Source: an uncultured Gammaproteobacteria bacterium
GTDB lineage: Bacteria > Patescibacteriota > Microgenomatia > Daviesbacterales > UBA10151
DNA: 64,000 nucleotides
Direction of reading: 5' to 3'
Assembly (NCBI GenBank): GCA_964649615.1
Contig: CAZYPW010000001.1
Coordinates: 33,557-97,556 of the forward strand
Positions 46,306 through 54,572 of this stretch are shown here, piece by piece. The first letter of the stretch is position 1, and every line of letters begins with the position of its first letter. Under the pieces are notes generated by a model that saw only the letters and a list, made by a program, of their open reading frames with translations, was not told the origin of the DNA and searched no databases. The translations under genes were made by a program, and so were the position numbers.

Positions 46306-48651
46306 ATGGAAGTAACTTTACAAACCAGTAGCCCAAATTATTTAAGTTTAATTGTAGCAGTGATAGGAGCTCTAGCGCTATTGATGGTTTTAGTGGGATT
46401 TTGGTTTTATGTTAAAAAATATGTGATTGGTTGGATTAAATATAGGGACAGGGAAAAATCCTCCTTACAGTTTGTAGTTTTACAAATTAAAGTACCCAGG
46501 GGCAATGAAGTAAAAATTGATGCTGCAGAACAGCTTTTTGGCACCTTTGCTTCTTTAAGAAAGTCTGGAGGGATGTTTTCTTCTTTGCAAGCCCAGCCTC
46601 ATTTATCTTTTGAAATAGTTGCTACCCATGAATCAATTAAATTTTTTGTCTCCTGCCATAAATCTCATAGGGATTTGTTAGAAAAACAAATCCATGGAGC
46701 ATATCCTGATGCAGAGATCAAAGAAGTGCCTGAGTACAATATATTTTCAGAAACTGGCAAGACTGCTTATGCTCAACTTAAGCTCAAAAATGCAGACTAT
46801 TTTCCTATTAAAACCTTTAGGGATTTGCCAACAGACCCTTTGTCTTCTTTAACCTCTGGCTTAGCTAAGATGCAGCTGGGAGAAGGGGCAGCAGTCCAGT
46901 TGATTATTTCTCCAGCTGGCAATAGTTGGAAAGATAAAGGCAAAGCTTTTGCTAAAAAGGAAAAAGAACCAGGTACAGAAAAAAGCCCTAAAGCCCCTCC
47001 TGATGCCAAACAGCTGGAAGCAGTGGAAGGAAAGATTACCAGGGCTGGTTTTAATACTGTTGTCAGGATTGTCACTTCCTCAACATCTGAGGAATCTGCT
47101 AAAGCCCATTTAACTAATATTAAGTCTGCTTTTGAGCAGTTCTCTGGCCCATATAATGGTTTCTCAGGAGCCAAGGTTTATTCTGAGAAAGGTTTTTTGA
47201 CTGATTTTATTTACAGGTATTTGCCTAAGTTTTCTCCCACCCCAGTTTTAACAGCAGATGAGCTGTCATCTATTTTTCATTTTCCTAATAAATCTATAGA
47301 AACTCCTTATATCAACTGGCTTTCTTCTAAAAGGGCCCCAGCACCAGAAAAAGTGCCTACAGAAGGGTTGTATTTGGGAAGGTCTATCTTTAGGGGAGTG
47401 GAGAGGCCAGTCTTTCTGTCTGAGGATGATAGGAGAAGGCATATGTATGTAATTGGAAGGACTGGAACTGGCAAGACTGAATTTTTGAAAACCATGATGT
47501 TGCAAGATATTGTAGCGGGAAAGGGTTTATGTTTTATTGATCCTCATGGTGATGCAGCAGAAGAGCTGTTGCAATTAATACCACCTTCCCGGGCAGAAGA
47601 TGTGATTTATTTTGATCCCTCAGATATGGAAAGGCCTTTTGGTTTAAACATGCTGGAGGCTTATACTGAGGAACAAAAACACTTTGTGGTAGCCTCCATT
47701 ATTGGTTTGATGTATAAATTGTTTGATCCTAATAAAACTGGAATTATTGGGCCCAGGTTTGAGCATGGAGTTAGAAATGCTATGTTAACTGCCATGAGCA
47801 AGCCTGGTACCACTTTTGTGGAAGTGGTTAGAATCATGACAGATGCTGCCTTTGTGCAAGAGTTATTGCCCTTAGTCCAAGATCCTGTGGTTAGAAGGTA
47901 CTGGACAGACCAGATTGCCCAAACGTCAGACTTTCATAAATCAGAAGTGTTGGATTATACAGTTTCCAAGTTTGGCAGGTTTGTGACTAATAAAATGATG
48001 AGAAATATTATTGGCCAATCCCAATCCTCTTTTGATCTAAGAAAAGTGATGGATGAGGGAAAAATATTAATCATTAATTTATCTAAAGGTAAGATTGGTG
48101 AGGAAAATTCTAACTTTTTAGGATTAATACTGGTGCCAAAGATTTTGGCTGCTGCTATGAGCAGGTCTAATATCCCGGAGGACCAAAGGAAAGATTTTTA
48201 TTTGTATGTTGATGAGTTTCAAAATTTTGCCACAGATACTTTTGCCGATATCTTATCTGAAGCCCGAAAATACAAACTTAATTTGATTGTTGCCAATCAA
48301 TTTATTGGCCAAATTGGGGAGGATTTAAAAAATGCTGTTTTTGGAAATGTTGGTACATTAGTAGGATTTAGGGTTGGGGTAACTGATGCTAATTATTTGC
48401 AGCATGAATTTTCACCTATTTTTTCAGAAGCAGATTTAGTGAATGTAGAATCTCCTCATGCTTATATTAAAACTATAGTTAAAGGTGAACCTGTGCCCCC
48501 ATTTTCGCTAGATACCACCAAAGATATGGTCAAATGGAGATCGATGTTAAATCCTCAAGTGGGCCAGGCTATCAGAGAATTATCCAGATTAAAATTTGGC
48601 AGGGATGTGGCTCAAGTTGAAGCAGCAGTGGCTTCCAGAGCCAAGCTGTAA
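46306..48651 (+). CDS. T4SS-type P-loop ATPase of the VirB4/VirD4/HerA (FtsK-HerA) clade, with an N-terminal TM anchor.
   Basis: N-terminal TM LSLIVAVIGALALLMVLVGFWFYV. Walker A VIGRTGTGKTEF, then CFIDPHGD, Walker B LYVDEFQNF, and ARKYKLNLIVANQFIGQI. Confidence 0.6.
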   Translation: MEVTLQTSSPNYLSLIVAVIGALALLMVLVGFWFYVKKYVIGWIKYRDREKSSLQFVVLQIKVPRGNEVKIDAAEQLFGTFASLRKSGGMFSSLQAQPHLSFEIVATHESIKFFVSCHKSHRDLLEKQIHGAYPDAEIKEVPEYNIFSETGKTAYAQLKLKNADYFPIKTFRDLPTDPLSSLTSGLAKMQLGEGAAVQLIISPAGNSWKDKGKAFAKKEKEPGTEKSPKAPPDAKQLEAVEGKITRAGFNTVVRIVTSSTSEESAKAHLTNIKSAFEQFSGPYNGFSGAKVYSEKGFLTDFIYRYLPKFSPTPVLTADELSSIFHFPNKSIETPYINWLSSKRAPAPEKVPTEGLYLGRSIFRGVERPVFLSEDDRRRHMYVIGRTGTGKTEFLKTMMLQDIVAGKGLCFIDPHGDAAEELLQLIPPSRAEDVIYFDPSDMERPFGLNMLEAYTEEQKHFVVASIIGLMYKLFDPNKTGIIGPRFEHGVRNAMLTAMSKPGTTFVEVVRIMTDAAFVQELLPLVQDPVVRRYWTDQIAQTSDFHKSEVLDYTVSKFGRFVTNKMMRNIIGQSQSSFDLRKVMDEGKILIINLSKGKIGEENSNFLGLILVPKILAAAMSRSNIPEDQRKDFYLYVDEFQNFATDTFADILSEARKYKLNLIVANQFIGQIGEDLKNAVFGNVGTLVGFRVGVTDANYLQHEFSPIFSEADLVNVESPHAYIKTIVKGEPVPPFSLDTTKDMVKWRSMLNPQVGQAIRELSRLKFGRDVAQVEAAVASRAKL

Positions 48652-48658
48652 TCCTTTT

Positions 48659-48976
48659 ATGTCATTCCGAGTGAAACGAGGAATCTCTAGATTAAGAAGC
48701 TACTTTGTATATATCTTAGCCAGTAAAACAGGCACATTGTATATTGGTGTAACTAATAATTTAGAAAAAAGAGTTTATGAACACAAAAATAAATTAATTC
48801 CAGGATTTACAGCAAAGTATAATATTGATCGTTTAATGTATTATCAGGAATTTAATGATATAGAAGAGGCAATAGAGATGGAAAAGAAAATAAAGGGTTG
48901 GAGTAGAGAAAAGAAGATAAATCTTATTAAGACTATAAATCCTCACACTAAAGATTTAGCTGATAATTTAACCTAA
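48659..48976 (+). CDS. GIY-YIG nuclease-family protein (UPF0213-like), copy 1.
   Basis: YFVYILASKTGTLYIGVTNNLEKRVYEHKN...GWSREKK. Confidence 0.7.
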   Translation: MSFRVKRGISRLRSYFVYILASKTGTLYIGVTNNLEKRVYEHKNKLIPGFTAKYNIDRLMYYQEFNDIEEAIEMEKKIKGWSREKKINLIKTINPHTKDLADNLT

Positions 48977-49006
48977 AGATGTTTCGCTAATCGCTCAACA
49001 TGACAA

Positions 49007-49090
49007 ACTACTTTTTGTCATTCTGAGGGCAAAGCCCGAAGAATCTCAAGATTAATCTAGAGATTCTTCACTTCGTTCAGGATGACATTG
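49007..49090. repeat. Long imperfect palindrome (~80 nt): GTCATTCTGAGGGCAAAGCCCGAAGAATCTCAAGATTAATCTAGAGATTCTTCACTTCGTTCAGGATGAC. One arm resembles the 5' leader of the adjacent GIY-YIG gene.
   Basis: Read from the sequence. Confidence 0.7.
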
Positions 49091-49118
49091 ATAGATAAGC
49101 TTTGGTATAATTCCTACC

Positions 49119-49189
49119 AGGCCCGTCGTATAATGGTAATACCTGATTCTTATACAATCAAGACGAGGGTTCAATTCCTTCCGGGCCTA
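49119..49189 (+). tRNA. tRNA-Ile (anticodon UAU).
   Basis: Acceptor AGGCCCG/CGGGCCT, D-arm GTAT-AATGGTA-ATAC, anticodon stem TGATT/AATCA with loop CTTATAC, T-loop TTCAATT. Confidence 0.65.
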
Positions 49190-49208
49190 CATAATTCTGG
49201 TCCGCCCA

Positions 49209-49574
49209 CTAGATTGCAAGAAATTCTCTCAGTTCCCCAGATCTGGAGGGGTGTCTTAATCTTCTTAATTCTCTGGCAATGATTAGTCTAGGTCCTCCTA
49301 TTGAAGTGTAACCACATCTATCGCCAATTTCTCTTAAGGTATGCATTGTCCCATCTTCCTTTCCAAAACGTAATCCAACAAGAACCTGTCTTCTTGGGAT
49401 AAGTCCTCGTAACATTTGATCTGTAACACGTATTAGTGTTGTACTTCTTTGCGTATCTTCAAGAAAGTCTTCAGGCTTAATAATAAGGCGTGCTATGCCG
49501 CTGTAATGTCCTCGCCATGTCCAACCACCGTGCAAAAAACGGGCAATCTGCTCATTATATTGGCCACCCCCCAT
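49209..49574 (-). CDS. Sigma-70 region-4-like HTH domain protein.
   Basis: C-terminal LVGLRFGKEDGTMHTLREIGDRCGYTSIGGPRLIIARELRRLRHP resembles sigma region 4. Confidence 0.4.
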   Translation of the reverse strand: MGGGQYNEQIARFLHGGWTWRGHYSGIARLIIKPEDFLEDTQRSTTLIRVTDQMLRGLIPRRQVLVGLRFGKEDGTMHTLREIGDRCGYTSIGGPRLIIARELRRLRHPSRSGELREFLAI

Positions 49575-49641
49575 AACTTCATTAGCCAGTATGATTGATG
49601 CTTCAAGCGGACTTACTTTTAATCTTTCAGCCATATTAGTA

Positions 49642-50505
49642 TTAAAGCTCTTCCAGTTTAACTTTTCCTTCAGAAGGTTGGTTTTGGACAAATTGGAGAT
49701 AGCGTTCTGTGGTGGATAATCTTTTATGTCCGGCCAGCTTGGAGACCATGGTCATAGGGACTCCTGATTGCAATTGATGTGCTACCCAGGTATGCCTTAA
49801 ATCATTTACTTTGGCTTCTTTAATGCCTGCTAACCTAAAGTATCTATCAATAGCTGTCCTAATATTTCTTATTAAAAGCGGCCTGCCTGTTTTAGTGATA
49901 AATAAAGAATGGGATGGGCTTTTTGGCCTGATCCCCAAATACTTAGCTATTGCATCTGCAGCTGGTTTATTTAAAGGAATATCCCTTTCTCTGGTGTCTT
50001 CAAATGGGGGAACATGAAGTGAACCCATCTCTAAATTAACATCCTCAACTCTAAGTCTTGCCAACTCACCAATCCTAATTCCTGTTTGAAGTAAAAGCTC
50101 AATTACTGCAATCATCCTTAAATCTGCTTTAGCTGCATCTCTTAAGGCCCTATATTCCAGTTTAGTTAAGATCCTAGGAGGCTTATTTTCAAATTTAGGA
50201 TGGGAAAGTTTACTGGCAGGATCATCTGAGATTAAACTAGATGCTTTTAAGAATTTAAAGAAAGTTTTAGTAGAGTTAGTTTTTCTGGAAATAGATTTTG
50301 GGGTATAATTTTGTTTGGCTAATCCATCCATGAAAGCCTGCAGATCTTCTGTTTGGGTCTCTTTAGGATCTGTTTTTGATAAGCCTTCCAGGTAAAATAC
50401 CAGTTGATCAATATCTTTGCTATAAGCTAAGATAGTAGCAGAGGCTCGAGATCTGCCTTTTAAATGTCCTATAAATTGTTGATGGGCATCACGTAAAGTA
50501 ACCAT
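49642..50505 (-). CDS. Tyrosine site-specific recombinase (XerC/XerD-like).
   Basis: C-terminal RHTWVAHQLQSGVPMTMVSKLAGHKRLSTTERYLQ with the catalytic R...H..R...Y residues. Confidence 0.85.
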   Translation of the reverse strand: MVTLRDAHQQFIGHLKGRSRASATILAYSKDIDQLVFYLEGLSKTDPKETQTEDLQAFMDGLAKQNYTPKSISRKTNSTKTFFKFLKASSLISDDPASKLSHPKFENKPPRILTKLEYRALRDAAKADLRMIAVIELLLQTGIRIGELARLRVEDVNLEMGSLHVPPFEDTRERDIPLNKPAADAIAKYLGIRPKSPSHSLFITKTGRPLLIRNIRTAIDRYFRLAGIKEAKVNDLRHTWVAHQLQSGVPMTMVSKLAGHKRLSTTERYLQFVQNQPSEGKVKLEEL

Positions 50506-50557
50506 TATGCTATATTTTAATCTTAAAAAGCCCCTTTGTCAATAGTTATAGGATAAT

Positions 50558-50911
50558 ATGATTAAGAAAGCTACCATACTAATATTTATTTTAATAATTT
50601 TGAGCCTATCTTATAATCTTTTTAGGCAATTATCCCTAACAGTTGGCTCCTCAGATAAACTTAACCAAATTTTAGAAGATGTACAAGATTTAGAAATTAA
50701 AAACAAAACTTTAAAGCACAAATTAGAACAGATTAAATCTGCTGAGTTTATTGAAGAACAAGCCAGAAATAAGTTAGGTTTAGGCAAACAAGGAGAAACA
50801 GTAATAATTATTTCTGAAGATAAGATTAACCAAATTTTAGGGGCCAGCCAATCTGCTCAGGGAAAAAGGCTGCCTAATTGGCAAGGCTGGTGGAAGCTAT
50901 TTTTTAACTAA
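50558..50911 (+). CDS. ftsB: FtsB/DivIC-type septum-formation initiator.
   Basis: N-terminal TM, coiled coil, LEQIKSAEFIEEQARNKLGLGKQGETVI. Confidence 0.6.
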   Translation: MIKKATILIFILIILSLSYNLFRQLSLTVGSSDKLNQILEDVQDLEIKNKTLKHKLEQIKSAEFIEEQARNKLGLGKQGETVIIISEDKINQILGASQSAQGKRLPNWQGWWKLFFN

Positions 50912-50920
50912 ACTTCCTTT

Positions 50921-51562
50921 TTAGGGGGCGATTCTGTTAAGAATCCTGCCAAGTAATGATTGTTCAGTCTTTATGACCTGCCCATTTTCAGCTGAAACAA
51001 AAGCTTTGACTTTGGATTTTAGGGGAATAAATCCTAAAAACTTATATTCTCTGACTCCATCTATTTCATAGGCTAACAGGCCGTCTTTTTCCACCAGTGT
51101 AACCAATTTTGCAGTACTGGCCAACTCCCCTTCAGCTGGAGCTGATGTGACAAAACTCATCACTTTTGATGCCAGCATATTTTTAATGGCTGCATCAGGT
51201 AAAACTGTGACTATTTTCTCTTCGCTGGGAGTGGTAACCAAAAGAGTGTTAGTAGCCTTATCTATCTTCAGAGGAAAAGCGGATATAGCGCCTTCTGTAT
51301 TACTAATAACGCCCATTTTGCCTCCATCTGTGGCAATCTTGGGATTGCCTTTGGAAGCATCCATCCCCAAAACATTATTTGTTCCATCAAAATGATTTCT
51401 GGAGATTGGTATATTGGCAGTAATTAAAAGTCCCCCGATTAGTACTGTTACCAAAAGCAGCAAATTTTTGGGCATCAACTTGATAATATGGGAAAGGACC
51501 CCTTTTGTCAAATGTATATGTTTCATACCATAAGGTACAAGATCATGCACCATTCGGTGCAT
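50921..51562 (-). CDS. Hypothetical secreted or membrane-anchored protein.
   Basis: ORF with an N-terminal hydrophobic segment. Confidence 0.4.
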   Translation of the reverse strand: MHRMVHDLVPYGMKHIHLTKGVLSHIIKLMPKNLLLLVTVLIGGLLITANIPISRNHFDGTNNVLGMDASKGNPKIATDGGKMGVISNTEGAISAFPLKIDKATNTLLVTTPSEEKIVTVLPDAAIKNMLASKVMSFVTSAPAEGELASTAKLVTLVEKDGLLAYEIDGVREYKFLGFIPLKSKVKAFVSAENGQVIKTEQSLLGRILNRIAP

Positions 51563-51590
51563 GGTTGCGGAGGTAATAGGCTGTTAGAAC

Positions 51591-51863
51591 TTACCTTTTT
51601 CTGTAAACTTCATCGTGTGTACCTATATCAAAGAAGTAGGCCTCATCACCGCTTTGTAGATAGGTCATTCTGGCACCCTTGGTAATAGAAATGCTCCATA
51701 TATTTTCAAGCTCTCCAGATAATTTATGCACACGTAGTGATTTGTGTCTAGGGTTTAAAGCAAAAAGGGTTAATTGTTTCTTAATTCTATTAGAAAACTT
51801 GGGGTCTTTTTTGTTGATTTCTTCCAGTTCTCTTCGCAGCTTGTCATCAAGTCTAATCTGCAT
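51591..51863 (-). CDS. RelE/ParE-superfamily toxin.
   Basis: ...IKKQLTLFALNPRHKSLRVHKLSGELENIWSISI...FDIGTHDEVY. Confidence 0.6.
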   Translation of the reverse strand: MQIRLDDKLRRELEEINKKDPKFSNRIKKQLTLFALNPRHKSLRVHKLSGELENIWSISITKGARMTYLQSGDEAYFFDIGTHDEVYRKR

Positions 51864-52117
51864 TATAGATTTTTGAAAAATTTATCAACATCTTTTACTA
51901 AAATTGCTTTATCTTTATTTTTTAAAGCCTCTTTAGCCTTTCTAATTGTTCTATCTGATGCCTCAAAAGTAGGGTATTCCATATCAGCTACATCTTTGAG
52001 TATTAAGTGTTTAATATACCCTGCCAAAGGCATGCCAAACTTACTGGCCTTACTTTCCAGGAAATCTTTTAGAGCCAAAGGTAAATTTAGTTTCACTTGT
52101 GTCTGTGGAGTGATCAT
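51863..52117 (-). CDS. Cognate antitoxin (RelB/DinJ-like).
   Basis: A small gene that overlaps the toxin start by 1 nt. Confidence 0.5.
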   Translation of the reverse strand: MITPQTQVKLNLPLALKDFLESKASKFGMPLAGYIKHLILKDVADMEYPTFEASDRTIRKAKEALKNKDKAILVKDVDKFFKNL

Positions 52118-52280
52118 GAGGCTATTATATCACCAATTTAAGGACTTTTCAAGGACTAAAATAAGTGATATGATTCAGCAATGAAAATACAATGTCCATC
52201 ATGTAAAAAATTTAAAGATTCTAACTATACCATCCAGGTGGTTAAAATTTGAGACTAAAGCCCTTCGATTACACTCAGGG

Positions 52281-52640
52281 TTATAATGTTTTAAGTTTTT
52301 CTAAGTCTCTTTTTATTAATGCTTCTTTCTTAGCTCTAGTCCAACCTTTAAGTTGTTTTTCTCTTTTCATAGCCTCAAGCAAGATAGGATAGTTTTCTGA
52401 ATAAATTAGTTTAAATTCTCCATTTTCTTTTGAAAATTTAGAAGCTCTTGTAGCTTTGTTTTTATGATCTGTTAATCTTTGTGCAAGATTATTTGTTTGG
52501 CCAATATATAAACTGTTGTTTAAAAATCGGAGTATGTAGACAGTATAGGGCATGGACGCTATATCCCTTCGACTCGATGACTCGCTCAGGCCTTCGGCTC
52601 TGAGGCTCAGGCTCGAAGAGGCGATTCGACTTCTGAACAT
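52281..52640 (-). CDS. GIY-YIG nuclease-family protein, copy 2. It has a repeat-derived N-terminal extension, and the core probably starts at the MPYTVYIL Met (~52520).
   Basis: MPYTVYILRFLNNSLYIGQTNNLAQRLTDHKN...GWTRAKK. Confidence 0.7.
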   Translation of the reverse strand: MFRSRIASSSLSLRAEGLSESSSRRDIASMPYTVYILRFLNNSLYIGQTNNLAQRLTDHKNKATRASKFSKENGEFKLIYSENYPILLEAMKREKQLKGWTRAKKEALIKRDLEKLKTL

Positions 52641-52711
52641 GAATCTTTTATGTTAAATTAAGTCGGTTATAACCGTGAGCGAGTCCGCCAAAGGCGGACG
52701 AGTCGAATCGG

Positions 52712-52783
52712 TTGCGGAGGTAGGAATCGAACCTACTGCCTGGAGATTATGAGCCTCCCGTGCAACCGTTACACTTCCCCGCT
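52712..52783 (-). tRNA. tRNA with anticodon CAU (Met). The A1/A72 mismatch at the end of the acceptor stem suggests the initiator tRNA.
   Basis: Minus-strand fold: anticodon stem GGAGG/TCTCC with loop CTCATAA, T-arm GTAGG-TTCGATT-CCTAC. Confidence 0.55.
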
Positions 52784-52810
52784 TGCATATTGTAACATAG
52801 AATATAAATT

Positions 52811-53056
52811 ATGTGGTTTGTTTATATACTCCAATGTGTTGATGGAAGCCTTTACACAGGATCAACTAATAATCTTAAAAAAAGATTTTTGGATCATCAA
52901 AATGGCAAAGGGGGGAGATATACCAGATCCCATAAAGTAGTTAAAATAGTATATTCAGAAGAGCTTAATACAAAATCAAAAGCCCTAAAAAGAGAAAGGC
53001 AAATCAAAAGCTATGATAAAAAGAAAAAAATTAAACTCTGGCTTGACCCAACTTAA
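52811..53056 (+). CDS. GIY-YIG nuclease-family protein, copy 3.
   Basis: MWFVYILQCVDGSLYTGSTNNLKKRFLDHQNG... Confidence 0.7.
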   Translation: MWFVYILQCVDGSLYTGSTNNLKKRFLDHQNGKGGRYTRSHKVVKIVYSEELNTKSKALKRERQIKSYDKKKKIKLWLDPT

Positions 53057-53077
53057 CTGCTGAGCTACTGTTAAATT

Positions 53078-54448
53078 ATGAGTGAGAAAATATTTAAAAG
53101 GGTAGTGGAAGCGCCTGCTGTAGTTTTGGGCCAAAGTTTAGATACCTCCAAAAAGCTTGCCAGATTTATCTATAGGCACAAAGATATTAAAAAAGCCAGG
53201 GAATACTGGCATACTTTAGGACCTGGTTTAACCACAGGTGCTGCTGATGATGACCCATCAGGCATTGCTACTTATTCTCAAGCAGGAGCAGGATATGGAT
53301 TTAACTTTTTGTGGACTGCTGGTCTTAGCTTTCCTTTAATGGCTGTGGTACAAGAAATGTGTGCCAGAATTGGTTTAGTGACAGGCAGGGGATTGGCTGG
53401 AAATATCAGAATATTTTTCCCAAAGTGGGTACTTTTGACCTGTACCTTTTTACTTTTTGCAGCTAATTCTTTAAACATTGGAGCTGACCTGGGAGCCATG
53501 GCTCAAGCAGTCCAACTTTTGTATCCTGAGGTTAATTTTGAGTTTTTGGTGTTAGCCTTTGCTATTTTTTCTTTATCTTTGCAAATATTTACTACCTATG
53601 ATAAATATGCCAAATATTTAAAGTGGTTAGCACTAGTGCTTTTGGCCTATGTTTTTTCAGCCCTTTCTGCCAATTTAGATTGGGAGCAGATTGCTATTAA
53701 TGCAGTTTTACCCAGTATTAGTTTTGATAGAGATCAAATATTTATTATCACAGCTATTTTAGGTACCACTATCTCACCTTATTTATTTTTCTGGCAAACC
53801 TCACAAGAGATTGAGGAGCAGATTTTAGGAGGCAGAACTACTTTAAAATTAAGGCAGGTAGAAACAACCAATAAGGAGATTAAAGATATGAGGTTAGATG
53901 TCTGGTCAGGGATGTTTTTATCTAATTTAGTCATGTTTTTTATTATTGCAGCTTGTGGAGCCATTCTTTTCCCTGCTGGGATTACTAATATCAGCTCAGC
54001 AGCAGAGGCTGCAGAAGCCCTGCGGCCGATTGCCGGAGATGGCACATACCTGCTTTTTGCCTTAGGCATTATTGGCACAGGCCTTTTGGCAATTCCAGTT
54101 CTGGCAGGATCTGCTTCCTATGCTATTTCTGAGAGTTTTGGCTGGAAATTCGGGCTTTATAGAAGGCTTAAGGAAGCAAATGCCTTTTATGGAGTGATAA
54201 TTCTTTCAACCTTAATTGGTTTGGTGATTAATTTTATGGGTTTTGATCCTATTAAAATCTTAATCTATACAGCGGTGGCTAATGGTTTGATTGCGCCTGT
54301 TATTTTAGCCACTATTGTTTTACTCAGCAGTAATAAACGGGTGATGGGAGAGAGGATTAATAGTCCGTTAACCGCTGCTTTAGGCTGGTTTATTACCTTA
54401 GTGATGATTGTTGCAGGTGTGGCTACTATATATTCCTTCTTTGTTTAA
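53078..54448 (+). CDS. mntH: NRAMP-family divalent metal (Mn/Fe) transporter.
   Basis: GPGLTTGAADDDPSGIATYSQAGA consensus motif and ~11 TM helices. Confidence 0.85.
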   Translation: MSEKIFKRVVEAPAVVLGQSLDTSKKLARFIYRHKDIKKAREYWHTLGPGLTTGAADDDPSGIATYSQAGAGYGFNFLWTAGLSFPLMAVVQEMCARIGLVTGRGLAGNIRIFFPKWVLLTCTFLLFAANSLNIGADLGAMAQAVQLLYPEVNFEFLVLAFAIFSLSLQIFTTYDKYAKYLKWLALVLLAYVFSALSANLDWEQIAINAVLPSISFDRDQIFIITAILGTTISPYLFFWQTSQEIEEQILGGRTTLKLRQVETTNKEIKDMRLDVWSGMFLSNLVMFFIIAACGAILFPAGITNISSAAEAAEALRPIAGDGTYLLFALGIIGTGLLAIPVLAGSASYAISESFGWKFGLYRRLKEANAFYGVIILSTLIGLVINFMGFDPIKILIYTAVANGLIAPVILATIVLLSSNKRVMGERINSPLTAALGWFITLVMIVAGVATIYSFFV

Positions 54449-54477
54449 ATCTATCTTTTTTGATAAAATCTAGCAAC

Positions 54478-54553
54478 GGCAGCGTAGCTCAGCGGTAGTA
54501 GCAATCGTTTCATAAGCGATAGGTCGTTGGTTCGAATCCAACCGCTGCCACCA
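54478..54553 (+). tRNA. tRNA with anticodon CAU (elongator Met or Ile-lysidine); CCA encoded.
   Basis: Acceptor GGCAGCG/CGCTGCC, anticodon stem ATCGT/GCGAT with loop TTCATAA, T-arm GTTGG-TTCGAAT-CCAAC. Confidence 0.7.
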
Positions 54554-54572
54554 GGAATGGTATAGTTAAATT

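Noticed and set aside
49082-49282. 66-aa ORF.
   Set aside because: It overlaps tRNA-Ile(UAU) and the terminal palindrome. Artefact.
49119-50505. Tyrosine recombinase next to tRNA-Ile, read as a second integrated element.
   Set aside because: There is no flanking duplication of the tRNA 3' end. The gene is immediately followed by the housekeeping ftsB. Its size (287 aa) and motifs fit a chromosomal XerC/D-type recombinase.
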